From contig CM121341.1 in the NCBI GenBank assembly GCA_051530055.1, positions 4,318,784 through 4,382,783 on the forward strand: a DNA stretch of 64,000 nt, written 5' to 3'. Positions 49,001-60,337 of the stretch are shown here, piece by piece. Position 1 is the first letter of the stretch, and each line of letters opens with the position of its first letter. The translations under genes were made by a program, and so were the position numbers. The stretch is from Neoechinorhynchus agilis (taxonomy: Eukaryota > Animalia > Acanthocephala). The notes beneath the pieces were generated by a model, which saw only the letters and a program-made list of their open reading frames with translations, made no database searches and had not been told where the DNA came from.

Positions 49001-49702
49001 TAATTCTTATTTAATTCAACTAATTTTTTAATCAGTTGAATGGAAAATGGTTCAAACGCGAGATCACGGGCTTAATTGTCTTAGAAATTAAATTTTCCTT
49101 CCGAAAATGGACACTTAGAAGAGGATGATTATAGAAAAATAGTTTTATTTTCGAGATTTCACCGTCTTACGGCTTCCTCGAAAGTTTTTGTTTATGAAAC
49201 GGAAAAATGATGCTCCGGACTTGGTGTTGCGTTCAAGAACGAAAAATTAATTCTTATTTAATTCAACTAATTTTTTAATCAGTTGAATGGAAAATGGTTC
49301 AAACGCGAGATCACGGGCTTAATTGTCTTAGAAATTAAATTTTCCTTCCGAAAATGGACACTTAGAAGAGGGAAGTTGTAATGATTATAGAAAAATAGTT
49401 TTATTTTCGAGCTTTCACCGTCTTACGGCTTCCTCGAAAGTTTTTGTTTATGAAACGGAAAAATGATGCTCCGGACTTGGTGTTGCGTTCAAGAACGAAA
49501 AATTAATTCTTATTTAATTCAACTAATTTTTTAATCAGTTGAATGGAAAATGGTTCAAACGCGAGATCACGGGCTTAATTGTCTTAGAAATTAAATTTTC
49601 CTTCCGAAAATGGACACTTAGAAGAGGGCCGTTGTAATGATTATAGAAAAATTAATTTATTTTCGAGATTTCACCGTCTTACGGCTTCATCGAAAGTTTT
49701 TG
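46070..49702. repeat. Tandem array D: ~255-bp unit, ~14 copies
   Basis: aatgattatagaaaa at 46082, 46337, 46593, 46846, 47102 and onward. Confidence 0.98.
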
Positions 49703-50384
49703 ACGGATTAATATTCATTCTTACACGCCACATCGAGTTCTGAGCATTCTTTTTCCCGTTTTACAAACAAAAACTTCCGTCCACGATGGATTTCAACCAA
49801 TTTAAGCGATTGGGGAATCGTTTTTAACTTTTCTTCTATTCTTTAGGTGACTCTTTTGTCCTTTAAAGATTTTCTTCCAGCAAAGCGACAACTTAGTCTC
49901 GCAACAATGAATTGAATTATAAAGTAGAACGAAAGGGTGTTTAACTTCCCAGAGTTTGTCCAAATTTCTCTCATTGTGATCAAATCGACTTATAAATTTC
50001 TAAAATAAGAAATTTCGACTTGCTTGCAAGCTCTGAAAAGAATGCGGGAACCCTCTTTCATAGAACGAAAATATCCTGAGGATTCTAGAAAAATTAAAAT
50101 TTGTAAAATATTTTTTAAAATTATTTTGTAATAGTTAATTGTCGTTAATCCTCCTAAATAAAATTGTTTTTCGATGTTAATGTAAACCTTTAAGTCCTTT
50201 AAATCAAGTCTTCAAAAAGCTCAGGAATAATCGAATTATATTTTGCGGATATTTTGATGTTGTTTTGGGGTGAAAAATAAATTTTGTTGCCAGAATTCAA
50301 TATGAATGTCCGCCGGAATGGTCAAATGTTCCGTTCGATCGGTCTCTCAACGGAGGAGAGTTTAAATGATTTTAAAGCCTTGAA

Positions 50385-52315
50385 TTATCGTTTTTGTGAG
50401 GGCATCAACCTAAAAAAACTTTAATAGAACCAAAATTTATTTTTCACTAGTAAAATTGTCGTTTTTGTAAGGGCATCAGCCTAAAAAAACTTTTAATAGA
50501 ACCAAAATTTATTTTTCACTAGTAAAATTGTCGTTTTTGTAAGGGCATCAGCCTAAAAAAACTTTTAATAGAACCAAAATTTATTTTTCACTCGTAAAAT
50601 TGTCGTTTTTGTGAGGGCATCAGCCTAAAAAACAATTAATAGAACCAAAATTTATTTTTAACGAGTAAAATTGTCGTTTTTGTAAGGGCATCAACCTAAA
50701 AAACAATTAATCGAATCAAAATTTATTTTTAACGAGTAAAATTGTCGTTTTTGTAAGGGCATCAGCCTAAAAAACAATTAATAGAACCAAAATTTATTTT
50801 TCACTAGTAAAATTGTCGTTTTTGTTAGGGCATCAGCCTAAAAAAACTTTAATAGAACCAAAATTTATTTTTCACTAGTAAAATTGTCGTTTTTGTAAGG
50901 GCATCAGCCTAAAAAAACAATTAATCGAATCAAAATTTATTTTTAACGAGTAAAATTGTCGTTTTTGTAAGGGCATCAGCCTAAAAAAACTTGTAATAGA
51001 ACCAAAATTTATTTTTAACGAGTAAAATTGTCGTTTTTGTAAGGGCATCAACCTAAAAAACAATTAATCGAATCAAAATTTATTTTTAACGAGTAAAATT
51101 GTCGTTTTTGTAAGGGCATCAACCTAAAAAACAATTAATCGAATCAAAATTTATTTTTAACGAGTAAAATTGTCGTTTTTGTGAGGGCATCAGCCTAAAA
51201 AAACAATTAATGGAACCAAAATTTATTTTTAACGAGTAAAATTGTCGTTTTTGTGAGGGCATCAACCTAAAAAAACTTTTAATCGAACCAAAATTTATCT
51301 TTCACTAGTAAAATTGTCGTTTTTGTAAGGGCATCAACCTAAAAAAGCAATTAATAGAACCAAAATTTATTTTTCACTAGTAAAATTGTCGTTTTTGTAA
51401 GGGCATCAACCTAAAAAAATTAATAGAACCAAAATTTATTTTTCACTAGTAAAATTGTCGTTTTTGTTAGGGCATCAACCTAAAAAACAATTAATCGAAT
51501 CCAAATTTATTTTTCACGAGTAAAATTGTCGTTTTTGTAAGGGCATCAACCTAAAAAAATTAATAGAACCAAAATTTATTTTTCACTAGTAAAATTGTCG
51601 TTTTTGTGAGGGCATCAACCTAAAAAAACTTTTAATAGAACCAAAATTTATTTTCAACGAGTAAAATTGTCGTTTTTGTAAGGGCATCAACCTAAAAAAA
51701 CTTTTAATAGAACCAAAATTTATTTTTCACTCGTAAAATTGTCGTTTTTGTGAGGGCATCAACCTAAAAAAACTTTAATAGAACCAAAATTTATTTTCAA
51801 CGAGTAAAATTGTCGTTTTTGTAAGGGCATCAACCTAAAAAAACAATTAATCGAATTCCAATTTTATTTTTCACTAGTAAAATTGTCGTTTTTGTTAGGG
51901 CATCAGCCTAAAAAAACAATTAATCGAATCAAAATTTATTTTTCGCTAGTAAAATTGTCGTTTTTGTTAGGGCATCAGCCTAAAAAAACTTTTAATAGAA
52001 CCAAAATTTATTTTTCACTAGTAAAATTGTCGTTTTTGTAAGGGCATCAACCTAAAAAAACTTTTAATCGAACCAAAATTTATTTTTCACTAGTAAAATT
52101 GTCGTTTTTGTAAGGGCATCAACCTAAAAAAACTTTTAATAGAATCAAAATTTATTTTTAACGAGTAAAATTGTCGTTTTTTTAAGGGCATCAGCCCAAA
52201 GAAAACAATTAATCGAACCAAAATTTAGTTTCAACGAGTAAAATTGTCGTTTTTGTAAAGGCATCAGCCTAAAAAAACTGATCAAATCAAAATCTATTTT
52301 TCACTAGTAAAATTG
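50385..52315. repeat. Tandem array E: 71-72-bp unit, ~27 copies, polymorphic
   Basis: gggcatca(a/g)cctaaaa at 50400, 50471, 50543 and onward. Confidence 0.98.
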
Positions 52316-52412
52316 TGGTTTTTTTACCATCTCTTCAACGCTTTCATACTACCACTCCCAAGTTTTTTCATAAAGTCGACACGTCTCATTTTAAGAATCC
52401 CAATTTTTAGAA

Positions 52413-53728
52413 ATGACATGGATGGAATCAATTGGGGTGTTCTTGATAGTATACAGTCCGCCGATTTGTGTGTCCATGGCTGCTATTGGTCGTGATCCAA
52501 TCCGACTGATTTTAACACTTATTTGGTAATATAACTTCTGTTTTGAGCTCCTGCCGACGATTGTCTAAAAAGTTGCTTTTTTTGGACATTTGCATTAGGA
52601 TTGAACGGAATCATGTATACAATATTAAAGCAAATTAAATCAGTCGATCAAGCATCTTTGGCCCCACTTTACATTTGTATAGGTGTGATCGGCCAAGAGA
52701 TTGTCAGAGTTGCTCTGGTCTATGGATTCTGGTATTTTTATCTACTGTTTATTAAGCTAGAAATCATTCAAATGCCTTTCAAGTTTATCAAAAGACAAAG
52801 CAAATAAGGAAGCCACTGCGAGAAACCTTCCCATCGATGATTTAATTCCATCAATTAAAATAAGTGGAATGTGTAAGTTCCTAAAATATATCTTATTGAA
52901 AAGATAGTTCATCATTGTTTTGTTCGAGTGGAGAAAGTAATTAAGTTTAATTAAATTAAATTAAATATTTCGATCCTCTATCTCGGATCTTCTTCAGTAT
53001 TGTTTGTTAGTATTAATTAAATTTAATTAAACTTAATTACTTTCTCCACTCGAACAAAATAAAATATATCTCTCGACCATATTTATGGCTCGAACCTCCA
53101 AAAACATTTTGTGTCATTTGAGTTTTTACTTTAAATCACAGTCGATTAACGATATTTTCTCGTTTTAAAAAGTGATAGGTATCGCGTTCATGTTGATGCA
53201 AAATGTATTTGTGATGATAAATCTGTTCAATCAAACAATAGGGCGAGCGACGGCCGGATTTCTAAATTTACCTTCTAACTTTCTCCTTTACGAAGGTATG
53301 TTCTTGCTTCATTAAAAATAAAAAAAAGGGAACTTATAGCTCTGCAAACAATGCTAAATTCTTTACTTCAGTTTCTTTAACTCACTGATTCTTAAAGGTT
53401 TTACTCTTTACATAAGAATCAATGACCACTCTACACTGTCATCCTCACCAGCTCACCAATATTCATTGGACTAGGACGAAAATTTATGTTAAGGACGGTT
53501 TATATTACAATTACTCACCTCGTCTTATCTTTTTTGAGCCTTCTGAATCTGCGGATCGGACATGGCCCAGCGATTTACACTGCTTTAATGGCGATCTGTG
53601 TAGCTGTGAACGCTTTGATCGCTTTTGTGCCCAATGGGATAATGAAGCCTTTAAATGCAACTGATTTAAATAGTACAAGACGGATCGGGCAGCGGACGCA
53701 CGATGCTAATAACACTAATTCAGAATGA
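52413..53728 (+). CDS. APH1: Gamma-secretase subunit APH-1; exons 52413-52525, 52573-52731, ~52784-52872, 53173-53295, 53340-53378, 53427-53728
   Basis: MTWMESIGVFLIVYSPP...GRDPIRLI, CFFW, GQEIVRVA, INLFNQTIGRATAG, THLVLSFLSLLN match APH-1 segments; intron 2 boundaries are ambiguous. Confidence 0.85.
52918..53059. repeat. Perfect 40-bp inverted repeat (52918-52957 / 53020-53059) in APH-1 intron 3
   Basis: ttttgttcgagtggagaaagtaattaagtttaattaaatt and its exact reverse complement. Confidence 0.95.
53379..53426 (+). other. Non-canonical 48-nt intron T|AA...AC|C with stem
   Basis: Removes an in-frame TAA and joins QFL to SLYTVIL...MLRTVYITITHL in frame; TGATTCTTA (53386-53394) pairs perfectly with TAAGAATCA (53413-53421). 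Confidence 0.7.
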
Positions 53729-53751
53729 GAAATATCGTGCTTTTTCTCACT

Positions 53752-56303
53752 TAATAAGCAATTTAAGTGTATGTTTATAAGGGAAAAACCTTTTTTATAT
53801 GTGTTCATTTTCCTTAATTTTCGTGACTGAAACATGCCCGAGTTGTGAATTGACGAAATATGGGAATTTTTTGATTTTTTCTATCGATCGCATTTAATTG
53901 ATTGGATATTCGTTCGAAATCTCATTAGGTCCTGTAAGGCGAACTTTGCGATCATTTTTAGACAATAAAATCTGTTCATTTAAAAACAATAAGCAATTTA
54001 AGTGTATGTTTATAAGGGAAAAACCTTTTTTATATGTGTTCATTTTCCTTAATTTTCGTGACTGAAACATGCCCGAGTTGTGAATTGACGAAATATGGGA
54101 ATTTTTGGATTTTTTCTATCGATCGCATTTAATTGATTGTGGATATTCGTTCGGAAATCTCATTAGGTCCTGTAAGGCGAACTTTGCGATCATTTTTAGA
54201 CAATAAAATCTGTTCATTTAAAAACAATAAGCAATTTAAGTGTATGTTTATAAGGGAAAAACCTTTTTTATATGTGTTCATTTTCCTTAATTTTCGTGAC
54301 TGAAACATGCCCGAGTTGTGAATTGACGAAATATGGGAATTTTTGGATTTTTTCTATCGATCGCATTTAATTGATTGTGGATATTCGTTCGGAAATCTCA
54401 TTAGGTCCTGTAAGGCGAACTTTGCGATCATTTTTAGACAATAAAATCTGTTCATTTAAAAACAATAAGCAATTTAAGTGTATGTTTATAAGGGAAAAAC
54501 CTTTTTTATATGTGTTCATTTTCCTTAATTTTCGTGACTGAAACATGCCCGAGTTGTGAATTGACGAAATATGGGAATTTTTTGATTTTTTCTATCGATC
54601 GCATTTAATTGATTGTGGATATTCGTTCGGAAATCTCATTAGGTCCTGTAAGGCGAACTTGCGATCATTTTTAGACAATAAAATCTGTTCATTTAAAAAC
54701 AATAAGCAATTTAAGTGTATGTTTATAAGGGAAAAACCTTTTTTATATGTGTTCATTTTCCTTAATTTTCGTGACTGAAACATGCCCGAGTTGTGAATTG
54801 ACGAAATATGGGAATTTTTTGATTTTTTCTATCGATCGCATTTAATTGATTGTGGATATTCGTTCGGAAATCTCATTAGGTCCTGTAAGGCGAACTTTGC
54901 GATCATTTTTAGACAATAAAATCTGTTCATTTAAAAACAATAAGCAATTTAAGTGTATGTTTATAAGGGAAAAACCTTTTTTATATGTGTTCATTTTCCT
55001 TAATTTTCGTGACTGAAACATGCCCGAGTTGTGAATTGACGAAATATGGGAATTTTTTGATTTTTTCTATCGATCGCATTTAATTGATTGTGGATATTCG
55101 TTCGGAAATCTCATTAGGTCCTGTAAGGCGAACTTTGCGATCATTTTTAGACAATAAAATCTGTTCATTTAAAAACAATAAGCAATTTAAGTGTATGTTT
55201 ATAAGGGAAAAACCTTTTTTATATGTGTTCATTTTCCTTAATTTTCGTGACTGAAACATGCCCGAGTTGTGAATTGACGAAATATGGGAATTTTTTGATT
55301 TTTTCTATCGATCGCATTTAATTGATTGTGGATATTCGTTCGGAAATCTCATTAGGTCCTGTAAGGCGAACTTTGCGATCAATTTTAGACAATAAAATCT
55401 GTTCATTTAAAAACAATAAGCAATTTAAGTGTATGTTTATAAAAAAACCTTTTTTATATGTGTTCATTTTCCTTAATTTTCGTGACTGAAACACCCGAGT
55501 TGTGAATTGACGAAATATGGGAATTTTTTGATTTTTTCTATCGATCGCATTTAATTGATTGTGGATATTCGTTCGAAATCTCATTAGGTCCTGTAAGGCG
55601 AACTTTGCGATCATTTTAGACAATAAAATCTGTTCATTTAAAAACAATAAGCAATTTAAGTGTATGTTTATAAGGGAAAAACCTTTTTTATATGTGTTCA
55701 TTTTCCTTAATTTTCGTGATGAAACATGCCGAGTTGTGAATTGACGAAATAGGGAATTTTTGATTTTCATCGATCGCATTTAATTGATTGTGAAAACAAC
55801 CTAAGGCGAACTTTGCGATCAATTTTAGACAATAAAATCTGTTCATTTAAAAACAATAAGCAATTATGTATGTTTATAAGGCAAAAACCTTTTATATGTG
55901 TTCATTTTCCTTAATTTTCGTGACTGAAACATGCCCGAGTTGTGAATTGACGAAATATGGGAATTTTTTGATTTTTTCTATCGATCGCATTTAATTGATT
56001 GTGGATATTCGTTCGGAAATCTCATTAGGTCCTGTAAGGCGAACTTTGCGATCATTTTTAGACAATAAAATCTGTTCATTTAAAAACAATAAGCAATTTA
56101 AGTGTATGTTTATAAGGGAAAAACCTTTTTTATATGTGTTCATTTTCCTTAATTTTCGTGACTGAAACATGCCCGAGAGTTGTGAATTGACGAAATATGG
56201 GAATTTTTGGATTTTTTCTATCGATCGCATATAATTGATTGTGGATATTCGTTCGGAAATCTCATTAGGTCCTGTAAGGCGAACTTTGCGATCAATTTTA
56301 GAC
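53752..56303. repeat. Tandem array F: ~238-bp unit, ~11 copies
   Basis: aagcaatttaag at 53756, 53991, 54229, 54467 and onward. Confidence 0.98.
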
Positions 56304-56587
56304 ATCGTCAATTTGGAGCATCAAGTCCACAGGAGAACAAAACAATATTGAACATTGAACAATTGAAGCAGTTTCGCTCTTCTTTTTTTAAATTCTTTGA
56401 TGAATGGAAGGAGTGTTCTTTGAGGGGGGGGGCATTCCACTGTTTCCAATTAAAAAACAATATCAAAATTGAACAATCTGAACCGATTGACTTTAATAGC
56501 ATGTACGGTTGTAGTGAGTAAATAAACAAAAGTGTAAAGCGATTTGATTGTTTACTCGACACCGTTTCAACTCGATTTTAGATATCT

Positions 56588-56842
56588 ATGGTTCCCAAAG
56601 TTTGGCAGTATTGGATGATGAGTCGTCGTATTCGGCACGATCCGATCGATTGGACAATATATACCGCCACATCGCGGCCTGTAAAGATGTGCAATCGATG
56701 CCAACAAGTGTACCGAGAAGGTCGTGTTTTTATCGAATGCAAAATCAACGAGAAACACAAGCAAGCTCACAAATATACTCTCGAAGACAGTGTGTTGAAA
56801 AAACGATTACCTCGACATGGACTACCACCAACGTCCATTTAG
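56588..56842 (+). CDS. MRPL36: Mitochondrial ribosomal protein bL36m
   Basis: VKMCNRCQQVYREGRVFIECKINEKHKQ has the bL36 CxxC...C...HKQ zinc ribbon. Confidence 0.8.
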   Translation: MVPKVWQYWMMSRRIRHDPIDWTIYTATSRPVKMCNRCQQVYREGRVFIECKINEKHKQAHKYTLEDSVLKKRLPRHGLPPTSI

Positions 56843-57339
56843 TTTTTTCGGCTCATTAAAAAGAACTAATTTTAGATATGTTTTTCGCCGAAAAAACATT
56901 CAGTATTCATAGAGAAAACAAATGCAAATACTCTAATCGATTAGGGAGAGGAGCTCAAACATACAGAAAACGGTTTTACTTCCTTTTTCTTAGTTTTGCC
57001 ACCTCGGATTTGAATTCACTAATCTATATTTCCTACATCCACTCTCGCATAATTCCGATGAAATATCGGGAAGTGGCAAACCTACCAAAAGAAAGTAAAT
57101 TTAACCCTTCGAAGACAATAATCCAAGACACCACGAAAACGTTTTTCCGTTTCGAATCGAATTTCAAACACTTTCAAAAAAAGCTCTACAGTGTCCCTCA
57201 TTTAATAACGAGAAATAATCGAACTTTTGAGATTTTCTCATTAAAATACATACTCAAATCCATTGTTATTATTAGAAAACACAAACCCCAAAAACAAAAC
57301 AACAAAAAAAAAAAAAAACCACAACCCCACAAACAACAA

Positions 57340-59210
57340 AAAACACAAAATCCATTGTTATTTTTCAAATAATGCCATTTTTTCTAAATCTCTCTCTAAA
57401 AACGTTTTATTTTGAAACAATTCGCTTAAAATAATGATTAAAAAAAGAGCTCTACAATGTTCCCCATCGGATTAATCGAGATTTTCTTAATAAAATTCAT
57501 GCACAAATCCATTGTTATTTTTCAAATAATGCCATTTTTTCTAAATCTCTCTCTAAAAACGTTTTATTTTGAAACAATTCGCTTAAAATAATGATAAAAA
57601 AAGAGCTCTACAATGTTCCCCATCGGATTAATCGAGATTTTCTTAATAAAATTCATGCAAAAATCCATTGTTATTTTTCAAATAATGCCATTTTTTCTAA
57701 ATCTCTCTCTAAAAACGTTTTATTTTGAAAAAATTCGCTTAAAATAATGATAAAAAAAGAGCTCTACAATGTTCCCCATCGGATTAATCGAGATTTTCTT
57801 AATAAAATTCATGCACAAATCCATTGTTATTTTTCAAATAATGCCATCTAAATCTCTCTCTAAAAACGTTTTATTTTGAAACAATTCGCTTAAAATACTG
57901 ATTAAAAAAAGAGCTCTACAATGTTCCCCATCGGATTAATCGAGATTTTCTTAATAAAATTCATGCACAAATCCATTGTTATTTTTCAAATAATGCCATT
58001 TTTTCTAAATCTCTCTCTAAAAACGTTTTATTTTGAAAAAATTCGCTTAAAATAATGATTAAAAAAAGAGCTCTACAATGTTCCCCATCGGATTAATCGA
58101 GATTTTCTTAATAAAATTCATGCACAAATCCATTGTTATTTTTCAAATAATGCCATTTTTTCTAAATCTCTCTCTAAAAACGTTTTATTTTGAAACAATT
58201 CGCTTAAAATAAAAAAAAAACACAACAAAACAACTAATAAAATTCATGCACACCATTGTTATTTTCAAATAATGCCATTTTTTCTAAATCTCTCTCTAAA
58301 AACGTTTTATTTTGAAACAATTCGCTTAAAATAATGATTAAAAAAAGAGCTCTACAATGTTCCCCATCGGATTAATCGAGATTTTCTTAATAAAATTCAT
58401 GCACAAATCCATTGTTATTTTTCAAATAATGCCATTTTTTCTAAATCTCTCTCTAAAAACGTTTTATTTTGAAACAATTCGCTTAAAATAATGATAAAAA
58501 AGAGCTCTACAATGTTCCCCATCGGATTAATCGAGATTTTCTTAATAAAATTCATGCAAAAATCCATTGTTATTTTTCAAATAATGCCATTTTTTCTAAA
58601 TCTCTCTCTAAAAACGTTTTATTTTGAAACAATTCGCTTAAAATAATGATTAAAAAAAGAGCTCTACAATGTTCCCCATCGGATTAATCGAGATTTTCTT
58701 AATAAAATTCATGCACAAATCCATTGTTATTTTTCAAATAATGCCATTTTTTCTAAATCTCTAAAAACGTTTTATTTTGAAACAATTCGTTTAAAATACT
58801 GATTAAAAAAAGAGCTCTACAATGTTCCCCATCGGATTAATCGAGATTTTCTTAATAAAATTCATGCACAAATCCATTGTTATTTTTCAAATAATGCCAT
58901 TTTTTCTAAATCTCTCTCTAAAAACGTTTTATTTTGAAACAATTCGTTTAAAATAATGATTAAAAAAAGAGCTCTACAATGTTCCCCATCGGATTAATCG
59001 AGATTTTCTTAATAAAATTCATGCAGAAATCCATTGTTATTTTTCAAATAATGCCATTTTTTCTAAATATCTCTCTAAAAACGTTTTATTTTGAAACAAT
59101 TCGTTTAAAATACTGATTAAAAAAAGAGCTCTACAATGTTCCCCATCGGATTAATCGAGATGAAAATCCATTGTTATTTTTCAAATTAGTTTTCCTAAAT
59201 CTCTCTCTAA
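57340..59210. repeat. Tandem array G: ~156-bp unit, ~12 copies
   Basis: agagctctacaatgttcccc at 57446, 57602, 57758 and onward. Confidence 0.97.
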
Positions 59211-59342
59211 AAAGATAAAGAGCCCTACAGCGTCCCGATCTGATGAATGGGGATTTTCTCAATAAAATCGTTAATGAAATCGTGGCGAAAACGAAAGAAC
59301 CGGTAATCCTTGGCAATTCCATCGTTTGTGTCCTATCAACAA

Positions 59343-59666
59343 ATGGACGAGGGAATGGACGAGGAACCGTCGACCACTGGGAAAGGATTAAGATTTGAGA
59401 TTCGAAAATGGAATGCGGTTGCGATGTGGGCCTGGGATCTTTCCACGGATACCTGTGCCGTTTGCCGTAGTAGCATAATGGAGCTTTGCGTTGACTGTCA
59501 GGTCAATACAGCGGCGGACAGTCGATTGACGGATTCCGATTGTACGGTTGCCTGGGGTGTTTGCAACCATGCGTTCCATTATCACTGCATTTCAAAATGG
59601 CTTAAGAATCGATTGGTATGCCCGTTGGATAACAGTGAATGGCATTTTCAAAGAGTTGGGAAATAA
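59343..59666 (+). CDS. RBX1: RING-box protein 1 (107 aa from the ATG at 59343)
   Basis: [43 protein letters not shown]. Confidence 0.96.
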   Translation: MDEGMDEEPSTTGKGLRFEIRKWNAVAMWAWDLSTDTCAVCRSSIMELCVDCQVNTAADSRLTDSDCTVAWGVCNHAFHYHCISKWLKNRLVCPLDNSEWHFQRVGK

Positions 59667-59696
59667 GTTTGATGTGTTCTCTTAACAAAAGACTTC

Positions 59697-60316
59697 TTAC
59701 ATTCGATCTAATGGTTCTAATCCAACAATGTAAAATAACGTCCTCATAACGTATTCTGTAGCCGCACAAAGCGTAATCCGGTTGCAATGAACCTTCTTTA
59801 CTTCTCCAGTGATTTGATCCTTTTCAATACAATAACAATTATCGTAGAAATCAGAAAAAACTCCAGCTAACTCGTAGAGATATTCGCACATTGAATGTAT
59901 TAGGAAATCATTGGCTACTTTGGATACAATGTCCTCGTATTTTATCAATACTTTCAATAGATTCCATTCGGCTTCATGAGAGAATGATTCACTCAATTGT
60001 TCTCTTAAGAACTTATCGCAATGAACGTCCACACCCTCAGGAACCTTTCTTCCAATCGATAGAATTCGAGTAAGCGAATACATGAGGTATACGGCCGTGT
60101 TGCCGCGGTCGTCCAACATTCGATCAAATGAAAAAACGTAGTCTTTTAGCCGATTGTGACTCAAATCGGCGTATTTTATACATCCATAAGCTATCGATCG
60201 TTTGGCCTTCTCTATCGTCTCAGATTTATCACCAACAATGTCCAAAAAACGGTTACTGTCGTTCACTTTCATTGAAGCACGAACCAGACCAGTCTCCAGT
60301 AAATCTTTTAGTTTTA
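59697..60316 (-). CDS. RARS1: Cytoplasmic arginyl-tRNA synthetase, last exon only
   Basis: KLKDLLETGL, AYGCIKYADLSHNR, YVFSFDRMLDDRGNTAVYLMY, ELAGVFSDFYDNCYC. Confidence 0.95.
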
Positions 60317-60337
60317 ATCAAGGAGACTAGGACTCTT

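Noticed and set aside
52732-52760. Apparent 28-nt non-canonical APH-1 intron 2 (best ungapped alignment)
   Set aside because: No stem, and canonical solutions exist (52732-52783, 52 nt; or 52718-52760, 43 nt)
55380-55900. Indel-rich units in array F (also 47250-47500 and 58200-58260)
   Set aside because: Scattered single-base losses look like low consensus quality, not biology
56878-57372. 164-aa ORF with a K/Q/N tail
   Set aside because: Runs through an A/C low-complexity stretch typical of poor base calls and into array G
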